Shown piece by piece: positions 25,867 through 34,117 of a stretch of DNA of 50,773 nucleotides. Under the pieces are notes generated by a model. It was given only the letters and a program-made list of their open reading frames with translations. It was not told the origin of the DNA and made no database searches. The stretch's first letter is position 1; each line of letters opens with the position of its first letter. The DNA comes from Candidatus Komeilibacteria bacterium RIFCSPHIGHO2_01_FULL_52_14 (lineage in GTDB: Bacteria; Patescibacteriota; Patescibacteriia; UBA1558; 2-01-FULL-52-15). Made by a program: the position numbers and the translations under genes. The stretch is from assembly GCA_001818365.1 (NCBI GenBank), contig MHKK01000015.1:1-50773 (forward strand), given 5' to 3'.

Positions 25867-26814
25867 ATGGAAACCAAACCATATCTATCACTCGTCGTTC
25901 CGATTTTCAATGAGGAACAGAACCTCCCGTTGCTTTACGAAAAGCTGCGTGCTTTAACGCAGTATGAGTGGGAAGCGATCATGGTGAACGACGGATCGCG
26001 CGACGGCAGTTTGGGCGTACTCCGCGGACTCGCGCACGGCGATCGCCGCGTGAAGATCATCGATCTCCGTAAGAATTACGGGCAGACGGCAGCGATGGCG
26101 GCCGGTTTTGATCATGCGCACGGCGAGATCGTCATTCCGATCGATGCGGATCTGCAGAATGACCCCGCGGACATTCCGTTGCTTCTCGCCAAGCTGAACG
26201 ACGGGTTTGACGTTGTCTCGGGGTGGCGCAAAGGCAGATGGCAGGATCGAAAGATGACGCGGCGATTACCTTCGGCGGCAGCCAACTGGCTGATATCAAA
26301 AACGACCGGCGTCGTACTGCACGACTACGGATGCACGCTCAAGGCGTATCGCCAGGAGATTCTGAAGGACGTGAAGCTGTACGGTGAGATGCACCGCTTT
26401 ATACCCGCCTTTGCCGCATGGCAGGGTGCCCGTGTCGCGGAAGTCGTCGTGGGAGACCATCCCCGCAAGTTCGGCAAGACGAATTATAACTTCAGCCGGA
26501 CGCTGCGGGTTATGCTCGATCTTATTACGGTCAAGTTTATCATCGGGTATGCGACAAAACCGATGCATTTCTTCGGGCGTATCGCTTTTGCGAGTTTTAT
26601 CATGTCGGGCATTTCGTTCCTTCTGGCCTTCTATTTTAAATTCGTATTGCACGCCAGTTTCATCTCTACGCCCTTGCCGCTGCTGACCGCCCTGTTCTTG
26701 ATTTTAGGTGTAGAGTTTCTGCTCATGGGTCTTGTTGCGGAAATGCAGACAAGAAATTATTTTGAAACTTCAGGGAAGCGGATTTATAATATCAAAGAGA
26801 CGATGAATTTGTAG
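25867..26814 (+). CDS. Polyprenyl-phosphate glycosyltransferase, GT2 (GtrB/ArnC/Dpm1-like)
   Basis: Motifs present: LSLVVPIFNEEQNL, MVNDGSRDGS, IPIDADLQNDP and VSGWRKGR. Two C-terminal TM helices are also present. This is the canonical architecture of enzymes that make polyprenyl-P-monosaccharides. Confidence 0.85.
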   Translation: METKPYLSLVVPIFNEEQNLPLLYEKLRALTQYEWEAIMVNDGSRDGSLGVLRGLAHGDRRVKIIDLRKNYGQTAAMAAGFDHAHGEIVIPIDADLQNDPADIPLLLAKLNDGFDVVSGWRKGRWQDRKMTRRLPSAAANWLISKTTGVVLHDYGCTLKAYRQEILKDVKLYGEMHRFIPAFAAWQGARVAEVVVGDHPRKFGKTNYNFSRTLRVMLDLITVKFIIGYATKPMHFFGRIAFASFIMSGISFLLAFYFKFVLHASFISTPLPLLTALFLILGVEFLLMGLVAEMQTRNYFETSGKRIYNIKETMNL

Positions 26815-26815
26815 T

Positions 26816-28663
26816 ATGTGCGGCATTGCGGGATTCACCGGATCACGGCAACCCGATCTTCTTCGGCGTATGACCGGATCACTCCATTACCGGGGCCCGG
26901 ATGCCGACGGTTTTTTTGAGGGAAAGGGAATCAACCTCGGCCATCGCCGTTTGAGCATCATCGACTTGACGACGGGCACACAGCCGATGTTTTCGGCAGA
27001 TAAGAATCTCGCGATCATTTTCAACGGCGAAATCTACAATTTTCAGGAGCTTCGTTCTCTCGTTCCCGACTACCCTTTTCAAACGTCGAGCGACACCGAG
27101 GTCATTATGGCGCTATATCGGAAATACGGGCCGGACGGTCTGTCCCGTATGAACGGAATGTTCGCCTTTGCGCTCTGGGACACATCGGCCGACCGGTTGC
27201 TGCTCGCACGCGATCGCATGGGCAAAAAACCCATCTACTATGTCGAGCATGGGGGAAATTTGTATTTTGCATCAGAGCCGAAAGCGCTGCTGTTCGCGTT
27301 GCATACGCGGGAGATGGATCAAGCCGCCGCTTCGTTATTTTTTGAGCTTCAGTTCATTCCCGGTCGGCAATCGATCTACCGGGGCGTGTTTCGCCTGCTT
27401 CCCGGAGAGTATGCCGTGTGGGAACGTGGCAAACTCGTGACCACCCGGTACTGGAATTTGCGGTTCGACGGCAGCAGCGAGTCTTCCACCGATCGATTGG
27501 GTACGCTGCTCGCCGACGCGACCAAGCTCCGTTTGATTTCAGACGTCCCCCTCGGAATTTTTTTGAGCGGCGGGATCGATTCGAGTACGGTCGCGTATTA
27601 TGCCGTTCAGGCGGCCACAAAGAGGATCAAGACGTTTTCGATCGGCTTTACCGATCCGTCGTTCGACGAATCGAAATATTTTAACGCCGTTGCGAAGCGA
27701 TTGGGCACCGAGCACTCTCATCACCTGTTTACCGAGCGGGAATTGCTGGATGTCATTCCGCTCATTTTCGACAGATTAGATGAGCCGCTTGCCGATGCTT
27801 CCATTTTGCCGACCTACTTGTTAAGCAGATTTACGCGGGAAAAAGTGACCGTTGCCTTGGGCGGGGACGGTGCCGATGAGCTTTTTGCCGGGTATCCGAC
27901 GTTTATTGCACATACGCTCGCAGGCAGGTATGCGTCCGTGCCGGGCTTTGCCCGTACGTGGGCCGAGAAGATCGTGCGTACGATACCCGTATCGCACCGG
28001 AATATCAGCTTTGATTTCAAGCTGAAGCAGTTCATTAAGGGGGCTTCGTTGTCGGGAACCGCCCGAGACCGCGCATGGACCGCCGCTTTTGCTCCGGAGG
28101 AACTTCAGCATCTGTTGTCGCATGACGTATTTCAGAGCGTGTCGGAGGAGCGAGAGCGCATAGCTGCCGAGAGTTTAACCAATTCCGCAGACAGCGATGA
28201 AACCGCCGTACTCCGTTTTTGGCAGCAGGGATATCTGGTTGACGATATTCTTACAAAAGTCGACCGTGCTGCTATGTACAGTTCTTTGGAGGTTCGCGCT
28301 CCTTTTTTGGATCACCGGATCGTTGAATATGTCAACAATTTACCGTATACTTGGAAGCTGCGGCACCGAGTGACAAAGTTTTTGCTGAAGGAACTCATGC
28401 GCGGAAAACTGCCGGACGAAATTATTGATCGTCCAAAAAAAGGATTCGGCATCCCGATTGCCTCCTGGCTTACGAAAGAGCTTAAGGAGTATATGCTCGA
28501 GGTTTTGCGCCCTCGTGCGGTTTCGGCAGCAGGATTACAAAGCGTGTACGTCAGCCGGCTGATTGATGAGCATTTGACCCATCGGTCGGACAACCGGATG
28601 AAGCTTTGGTCGCTTATCGTATTCATGGAGTGGCACCGGCGTTGGCTGCGAGCGAGGATATAA
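26816..28663 (+). CDS. asnB: Asparagine synthase (glutamine-hydrolysing) family amidotransferase
   Basis: The N-terminal nucleophile MCGIAGF is present. The PP-loop is FLSGGIDSS within LGIFLSGGIDSSTVAYY. The protein is full length at 615 aa. Its placement inside a glycan operon suggests a sugar amidotransferase role rather than housekeeping Asn synthesis. Confidence 0.85.
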   Translation: MCGIAGFTGSRQPDLLRRMTGSLHYRGPDADGFFEGKGINLGHRRLSIIDLTTGTQPMFSADKNLAIIFNGEIYNFQELRSLVPDYPFQTSSDTEVIMALYRKYGPDGLSRMNGMFAFALWDTSADRLLLARDRMGKKPIYYVEHGGNLYFASEPKALLFALHTREMDQAAASLFFELQFIPGRQSIYRGVFRLLPGEYAVWERGKLVTTRYWNLRFDGSSESSTDRLGTLLADATKLRLISDVPLGIFLSGGIDSSTVAYYAVQAATKRIKTFSIGFTDPSFDESKYFNAVAKRLGTEHSHHLFTERELLDVIPLIFDRLDEPLADASILPTYLLSRFTREKVTVALGGDGADELFAGYPTFIAHTLAGRYASVPGFARTWAEKIVRTIPVSHRNISFDFKLKQFIKGASLSGTARDRAWTAAFAPEELQHLLSHDVFQSVSEERERIAAESLTNSADSDETAVLRFWQQGYLVDDILTKVDRAAMYSSLEVRAPFLDHRIVEYVNNLPYTWKLRHRVTKFLLKELMRGKLPDEIIDRPKKGFGIPIASWLTKELKEYMLEVLRPRAVSAAGLQSVYVSRLIDEHLTHRSDNRMKLWSLIVFMEWHRRWLRARI

Positions 28664-28691
28664 AGTTTTACGGACGAACGATAAAGTTATA

Positions 28692-29546
28692 ATGCATCAA
28701 GATTTCAACCCACACATCCGCTGGCAGTGCCCCAGGTGCGGTGCTGCTGTTCATGCCGCTTCGGAGTCATTTACTTGTATCGGATGCGGAACTATATATC
28801 CGGTGAAGCACGGCGTTGCCGATTTTCGTTTGAACGGCAAGGACGAAGTAACGGAGAGTTTTGATATTCGAATACGCAATTTTTTTAAGCGGTGGCCGCG
28901 AGCGTATTATTTTATTGCTACGATATTCGGGCCGCTGATGTTTACCGGAATAAGCCCTAAGAAGTTTGCCACACGCTACTGCACGCCGGATCTCTTGTCG
29001 GTCAATATTGGTTCGGGACCTCGGCCGCTGGTAGCAGGGATCCTGAATCTCGACATCGTTCCCTATAAAGGGGTCTCGGTCATCGCTGACACCGTTCGCA
29101 CGCCGTTTGCAACCAATTCAGTGGATGTTGTGGTGTGTAACGAGGTGATCGAGCATGTGGAGAGACCGGAGGAGCTCGCGCGAGAAATCGCCCGAATTGT
29201 GACACCCGGTGGATCGGTGTACCTGACCATGCCGTTTTTATACCCGTTTCATGCTTCTCCGTCCGATTTCTCGCGCTGGACCGAACCGGGGGTCGCGCTG
29301 CTTTTTTCCGACTTCACGGTTCGTGAAAAAGGCGTCAGAGCGGGGCCCTTTTCGGCACTGACCGTTTTGTGCTGTTATCTTTTTGCTACCGTATTTTCGT
29401 TTAATTCAAAACAGCTGTTCTGGATTTTGATGAACGTAAGTTTGTTCATATTCTTTCCCATCAAGATTTTCGACCTCATTGTATTCAGGTTTTCGACAGC
29501 ACCGTATGCGGCCGCCCTCACCTATTACGTTTTGCAAAAAAAATAA
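28692..29546 (+). CDS. Zinc-ribbon plus class I SAM methyltransferase with C-terminal membrane segments
   Basis: There is an N-terminal CxxC...CxxC motif (CPRCGAAVHAASESFTCIGCGTIYPVKHGVADF, Trm112-like). The methyltransferase core is VNIGSGPRP and VVCNEVIEHVERPEEL. The hydrophobic C-terminus is FSALTVLCCYLFATVF...ILMNVSLFIFFPIKIF. Confidence 0.7.
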   Translation: MHQDFNPHIRWQCPRCGAAVHAASESFTCIGCGTIYPVKHGVADFRLNGKDEVTESFDIRIRNFFKRWPRAYYFIATIFGPLMFTGISPKKFATRYCTPDLLSVNIGSGPRPLVAGILNLDIVPYKGVSVIADTVRTPFATNSVDVVVCNEVIEHVERPEELAREIARIVTPGGSVYLTMPFLYPFHASPSDFSRWTEPGVALLFSDFTVREKGVRAGPFSALTVLCCYLFATVFSFNSKQLFWILMNVSLFIFFPIKIFDLIVFRFSTAPYAAALTYYVLQKK

Positions 29547-29547
29547 C

Positions 29548-30321
29548 ATGGCAAAAACCGAGGACAGATTTGGTTTTGAATGGCAACGGTATCACGATAT
29601 CAAGCCGGAATATCACGAGCAGTATTTGCAGCAGTTTCTCAATTGGACGTATCCGATTGAACCCGAGTTCTATAAGGGTAAAACGATTCTCGATGCCGGT
29701 TGCGGCATGGGGAGGAATGCTTATTGGTGTTTACGGTGGGGGGCAAAGCGTCTTGTCGCGTGTGATCACGATGCCCGGTCGGTCGCTGCAGCGAAGGAAA
29801 CCCTGAAGGAATTTCCGAACGTCGAAGTGTACCAGTACGATTTGGAAGAGCTGCCCTGGGATAATGAATTTGATTTTGTTCTGTCGATAGGTGTCGTGCA
29901 TCATACGGAACATCCGGAGCGCGTGATGGAGCGGTTCTATACGGCGCTGAAGCCCGGCGGTGAAGTTTTGCTCTGGGTGTACTCGGTCGTCGGTTTTGAA
30001 TTTATCCCCAAGATTCTTGACCCCATACGGAAACGTGTGACGAGCAAGATGAATTTGCAGGTTCTTCATTTTTTGACCTATGGCCTTTCGGTGCCGTTGT
30101 ATCTCTACTTGCGCTTTACAAGACCGTCCCGTAAATACTTTCAGCAGTTAAGGACATTCTCGTTATCGCATCTGCACAGCATTCTCTTTGATCAGTTGTT
30201 GCCCCCGATAGCGCGGTACTATACGAAGGAGCAGGCAGCCGAGCTTGTCGCACGGTTCCGCGATGTCAGCATTATATCGCCGCCGAACGATAACGGCTGG
30301 ATCGTCCGCGGAAAAAAATAA
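29548..30321 (+). CDS. Class I SAM-dependent methyltransferase
   Basis: I set the start at ATG 29548 (MAKTEDRFGFEW), 1 nt after the upstream stop. Motif I is ILDAGCGMGRNAYW, and VLSIGVVHHTEHPE is also present. Confidence 0.8.
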   Translation: MAKTEDRFGFEWQRYHDIKPEYHEQYLQQFLNWTYPIEPEFYKGKTILDAGCGMGRNAYWCLRWGAKRLVACDHDARSVAAAKETLKEFPNVEVYQYDLEELPWDNEFDFVLSIGVVHHTEHPERVMERFYTALKPGGEVLLWVYSVVGFEFIPKILDPIRKRVTSKMNLQVLHFLTYGLSVPLYLYLRFTRPSRKYFQQLRTFSLSHLHSILFDQLLPPIARYYTKEQAAELVARFRDVSIISPPNDNGWIVRGKK

Positions 30322-30327
30322 GGACCT

Positions 30328-32100
30328 ATGGATGCATTTGCGCGCCGTATTGTACCGCTCATCCGCTATCACCGGCTGGCACTTGCTTTTGCCCTGCTGG
30401 TGGGCGTCACGGCCGTTGCGCCTCATTTCCTCGCCGTCTATTCGTTGCAGGGGCAGTACCAGGGAGTGCCGTTTCTTTTTTTGGATAACGAATACACCTA
30501 CCTTGACCGTATCCGTGAAATACTGGACGGGCATCCGTTGGTCGGATCACCGCTCCTTTTTGAGTATAAATCTTCCATAGCGCCGGTTCTGCCGTTTGGG
30601 GAGTATTTGTACGTGCTGCTGTATTTATTAAGCGGCGCATCACTGGTGACCGCCGTCATCGTCAGTAAATTTTTATTTCCGGCTATTCTGTTTTTGCTGG
30701 CGTATGTGCTGGTGTATCTTCTTGCTTCGGAACAAAAATCCGAGGGCAGTCGGATGACCGCATTGGCAGGCGGGCTCGCGGTCATTTTCGGGTACGACAT
30801 CATGAACCTTCAAGCGACCGCCAAGTTGCTGAGCGGTTCCGCAGATGCTTCGTATCTTTTGGTATGGACACGACTCGTGAATCCGGTTACCGGAGCCATG
30901 TTTTTGCTCGTGTTTCTCATTCTGGAATACCTGATTTTTGCACGCCGGACAAAATACCTCTTCATACCTGCGGGAATCGTGCTCGGGATCATGTCATCAT
31001 ATTTTTTCAGCTGGGGTACGGCCTTGGCCGTTGCCGGGTCGCTGACAGTTATTGCGTTTGGGCTACGCCGAACGCGCAATGCGCTACTGCTGCTTGGCTC
31101 GATCGCGGTGAGTGTTTTTGTGCAGGCATCCTTTTTGTTTCGACTGGGATTGCTCACCGATTCCGCGAACTTGACGACGCTCGGCTTGCGTAACGGGTTG
31201 CTCCTGATGCGCCAACCGGTCGTGAATAAGGTCGTGCTTGCGACAACGATCATTGCGCTTGCGGTCTTTGCATATCAGCTGTATTCGCTTCGTAAGCAGG
31301 AAAGAACGGTTCCGCTGTGGTGGTGGTATCTTCTTGCGTTGCTCTCGGCGTCCTGGATCGTATTTAACCAGCAGATCATTACGGGTCGCGCTATCTGGTA
31401 CTTTCATTTTGTGCAATATACGATTCCGCTGTCGGTGATTTTGATCGTTGTCATGGTCGGCACTATGCTACGACCGAAATTTCCAAAACTCTTGATGGCT
31501 TTTGTGATTTTGACGATAGTCGGCACGCTTTCGTACGGCGTTCTCGCTGCCGCGACGTACCGGATCAAGCAGCCGGAATTCGCGAGGCGGCAAAGCTACC
31601 AACCGTTATTTTCGGAATTGGACCGCCATCCTGGGCCGTGCGTGGTATTTACGGTGGAGGATACCGATACAATCGGACAGATGATAGCCGCGCACACGCA
31701 TTGCGATCTGTACTGGACAACCTACTCATTTTTCGGGATTCCGCCTGAACGAATCATCCATAACTTTCTGTTGCTGCTGCGGCTGCGTGGTATAGCTGCA
31801 GCAGACATCGATTCATACCTGCATCAGCATATCGGCGAAGTACACGCGTATTTTTTCAGGGATTGGTTGCAGCTTTTTTCGGACCAGACAGATCAGGACA
31901 CCGAAGCAACGATTTCGCGCTTGGTCGATGCGTATCAAGAGCTTGCGAAAAAAAATCTCGCAGATGAGCTATTCAAATATAAGCTTGACTACATCGTGAC
32001 CTCCGGCGATTTGGAAGCGAGAATCGATTCGACGTTATCCCTGAAACTTTTAGAAACTTACGGAGATCAGAATTTGTATTCGATCGTGAAAAAAAATTGA
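30328..32100 (+). CDS. Uncharacterised 590-aa polytopic membrane protein (possible GT-C-like transferase/polymerase)
   Basis: There are about 11-13 TM helices. The first loop is acidic (FLFLDNEYTYLDRIREILDG). A soluble C-terminal domain of about 170 aa follows. This is the last gene of the operon, and I do not recognise its family. Confidence 0.55.
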   Translation: MDAFARRIVPLIRYHRLALAFALLVGVTAVAPHFLAVYSLQGQYQGVPFLFLDNEYTYLDRIREILDGHPLVGSPLLFEYKSSIAPVLPFGEYLYVLLYLLSGASLVTAVIVSKFLFPAILFLLAYVLVYLLASEQKSEGSRMTALAGGLAVIFGYDIMNLQATAKLLSGSADASYLLVWTRLVNPVTGAMFLLVFLILEYLIFARRTKYLFIPAGIVLGIMSSYFFSWGTALAVAGSLTVIAFGLRRTRNALLLLGSIAVSVFVQASFLFRLGLLTDSANLTTLGLRNGLLLMRQPVVNKVVLATTIIALAVFAYQLYSLRKQERTVPLWWWYLLALLSASWIVFNQQIITGRAIWYFHFVQYTIPLSVILIVVMVGTMLRPKFPKLLMAFVILTIVGTLSYGVLAAATYRIKQPEFARRQSYQPLFSELDRHPGPCVVFTVEDTDTIGQMIAAHTHCDLYWTTYSFFGIPPERIIHNFLLLLRLRGIAAADIDSYLHQHIGEVHAYFFRDWLQLFSDQTDQDTEATISRLVDAYQELAKKNLADELFKYKLDYIVTSGDLEARIDSTLSLKLLETYGDQNLYSIVKKN

Positions 32101-32127
32101 GCCGGCTCTCGGGTGAGAGACCGGCTC
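32099..32127 (-). terminator. Rho-independent terminator of the Nudix gene, overlapping the stop of the convergent gene
   Basis: GAGCCGGCTCTC pairs with GAGAG(A)CCGGCTC, a 12-bp stem with one bulge and a GGGT loop. On the minus strand it is followed by AATTTTTTTT. It lies 24 nt past the Nudix stop (32151-32153). Confidence 0.65.
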
Positions 32128-32150
32128 GCGTTGCCGATCTGCGCGACATT

Positions 32151-32699
32151 CTAGGCGCCCGGGTAGATCTTGTCGTAGAGATCAATCATGGGTTGCCAGA
32201 CACCCTCCTTGACGAGTCGCTGCCTGTCGAATACCTGGATGCGTGGGTTGAGATCCAGCTCGTACTCTTTGGCGCTCAGATTCTGACGCGCCACTCGGAG
32301 CTCATCGTCGGACGGCTCGAAAGCGTAGACGTGGCACATATAGTCGCCACCCACATCTTGCGGCTCCTGTTTACGTTTGCTGCACCAGACCCGATGTTGG
32401 GTGACGTAGGTCAGGCGGTCAGGAGCGATGACGAGTCCGGTCTCGGCCTTGCCGGTGCGCTGAAGCGCTTGACGATCGGTCTCGCCGACCCTGACGCGCC
32501 CGCCAAAAGTCCAGAAGGCCTTGAGAGCGTACACGGACCGCTTGGCCATGAGGAAGGTTCGCGTGGAGCGATTCAGGAAGATCATGTCGGCGCAGAGGAT
32601 CACGAAGCCGGTGCTTGCCTTTGCGTAGATCTCGTCGTCGAGAAATGCGGGGATGAGCTTGTGGCTCGGATCTTCGATGTACAGCTTGGGCTCGGGCAT
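32151..32699 (-). CDS. Nudix hydrolase, GDP-mannose mannosyl hydrolase (Gmm/NudD/WcaH)-like
   Basis: The reduced Nudix box is GGRVRVGETDRQALQRTGKAETGL, preceded by FLMAKRS. As I recall it, E. coli Gmm has the matching pattern [25 protein letters not shown]. I set the start at ATG 32699 (MPEPKLY), which has GAGG 5 nt upstream. The listed ATG 32759 abuts the -10 box. Confidence 0.6.
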   Translation of the reverse strand: MPEPKLYIEDPSHKLIPAFLDDEIYAKASTGFVILCADMIFLNRSTRTFLMAKRSVYALKAFWTFGGRVRVGETDRQALQRTGKAETGLVIAPDRLTYVTQHRVWCSKRKQEPQDVGGDYMCHVYAFEPSDDELRVARQNLSAKEYELDLNPRIQVFDRQRLVKEGVWQPMIDLYDKIYPGA

Positions 32700-32759
32700 G
32701 TATACCTCGTTGCGCAGATCGCGCACGGTAGAGATGAAAGGAACTTGAAAAGATCGCAT

Positions 32760-32787
32760 ACTATAGCATTTTGTCTAAGTTTGTCAA
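32760..32787 (-). promoter_or_regulatory. Near-consensus promoter TTGACA-16 nt-TATAGT for the Nudix gene
   Basis: On the minus strand, TTGACA lies at plus-strand coordinates 32782-32787 and TATAGT at 32760-32765. Confidence 0.5.
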
Positions 32788-32809
32788 GGTCCTGAAGCAA
32801 CCGTGATCA

Positions 32810-32838
32810 TTGATAATTAGAGGCCAATCGCTTATAGT
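32810..32838 (+). promoter_or_regulatory. Promoter TTGATA-17 nt-TATAGT for the GT4 gene (near-leaderless)
   Basis: TTGATA lies at 32810-32815 (this is the listed TTG start) and TATAGT at 32833-32838. ATG 32849 follows after a 10-nt gap. Confidence 0.45.
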
Positions 32839-32848
32839 TATGACCTGT

Positions 32849-34066
32849 ATGGTTGCGCATCAAGGAAAAAAGAAAATTGCGATTGTAACTCCCTACGGCG
32901 CCGAGCCGCGTTTTGACAATTACGCGGAATTTGTTTTAGCTCAAGGATTGATCAAAAATGGATATGAGGTTCATTTTCATACCTACGCCATTAAAGACAA
33001 CCCGCTCCACATCAACGGTGTGTACAAGGGTGTTTCGGTCATACGGTGTCGTCAGCGGTTCGGTTTTTCTCCATCGCTGTTATTTTCAATCATTGGTTTT
33101 AAGCCCGACATCGTTTTATTTTTTCATCCGCGAAATTTTTTAAATCTGAGCGCGTATATTGCCGGCCGTTTCGTAGGAGCGAAAATTATCGGCGAAATCG
33201 TCGGCATTTTGCACGATCCGTTTATCGTTAGCGATAGGGATAACCCGCTCGAACATATGATCCCGAACGTACAATTGTTTCTGCGCTGGAGCGATGTTTT
33301 TCGCGTACCCTTTTCACGTAGACCTTTTTGGAACTGGAAGAATTTCATTTTTCACGCACCGACCGCTCACGCTGACGCGATCATTGGCGTCAGCAAAGAA
33401 GAACAGCGCCTGATCGAGAATTTTTATAAACGCAGAGCAGAAATGATTTACTGGTGCATCCGCACGGACGCTTCAGTTCGTCAGGATAAGCCATCTGCCG
33501 AGAAATGTGGTCCCGTACCGGAACGTTTTGCACTTTTTATCGGACAGCTGAAACGCAGAAAGGGATGGGATACCGCACTCGAAGCGATCGCGTACCTTAA
33601 AAAGAACGGAGCTCCGCTGTCGCTTGTTTTTGTTTGCTCGTCCCCGACTGTTGATGAAGCTCGTGAGCTTGCAAAGAAGTTGGGTATAGAGGATGTGGTG
33701 CATTTTATGACTCGTATATCGAATGAGGAAAAAGAGTGGCTCTATCGCAACGCGCAAATGTTGCTTGTTCCGAGCCGATACGAAGGGTTTGGCCTGACTA
33801 CCTTCGAGGCTTTTATGGCTGAAATTCCGGTGTGCGCAACCTCGATCCCCGTGCTTTTGGAGTTTTTGCATGATGGCCAGAACGCTTTGTTGTCACCGGC
33901 CGGCGACGGCGAGGCGCTTGCTCGAAATATAGTGAAACTACAAAATGACCCGGCACTTCGCGAAAAATTAATATCGAACGGCAAAAAAACAGCAGCAGAG
34001 TTTTCCGAAGCAATTATGATCGAGCGATATCTTTCGTTGTTCGACCGGCTTCTCAAAAATAACTAG
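32849..34066 (+). CDS. Glycosyltransferase family 4 (GT-B)
   Basis: The EX7E region is YEGFGLTTFEAFMAEIPVCATSIPVLLEFL. ATG 32849 (MVAHQGKKKIAIV) is preferred. ATG 32840 is the alternative but lies 1 nt after the -10 box. Confidence 0.8.
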   Translation: MVAHQGKKKIAIVTPYGAEPRFDNYAEFVLAQGLIKNGYEVHFHTYAIKDNPLHINGVYKGVSVIRCRQRFGFSPSLLFSIIGFKPDIVLFFHPRNFLNLSAYIAGRFVGAKIIGEIVGILHDPFIVSDRDNPLEHMIPNVQLFLRWSDVFRVPFSRRPFWNWKNFIFHAPTAHADAIIGVSKEEQRLIENFYKRRAEMIYWCIRTDASVRQDKPSAEKCGPVPERFALFIGQLKRRKGWDTALEAIAYLKKNGAPLSLVFVCSSPTVDEARELAKKLGIEDVVHFMTRISNEEKEWLYRNAQMLLVPSRYEGFGLTTFEAFMAEIPVCATSIPVLLEFLHDGQNALLSPAGDGEALARNIVKLQNDPALREKLISNGKKTAAEFSEAIMIERYLSLFDRLLKNN

Positions 34067-34117
34067 CGCAACGCGTTTTCACGCTTCACGGATAGCCTGC
34101 TCTTGCTGCAGCCTGCA

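Noticed and set aside
26816-28663. Housekeeping asparagine synthetase as the role of the AsnB homologue
   Set aside because: This is not rejected as a family call. However, its position in the middle of a translationally compact glycan operon makes a sugar-amidotransferase role more likely than primary Asn biosynthesis. It cannot be decided from sequence alone.
32097-32795. A 232-aa plus-strand ORF opposite the Nudix gene
   Set aside because: GC-rich DNA produces long antisense frames. The minus strand has the Nudix box, a Shine-Dalgarno sequence, a near-consensus promoter and a terminator, while the plus-strand product has no motif.
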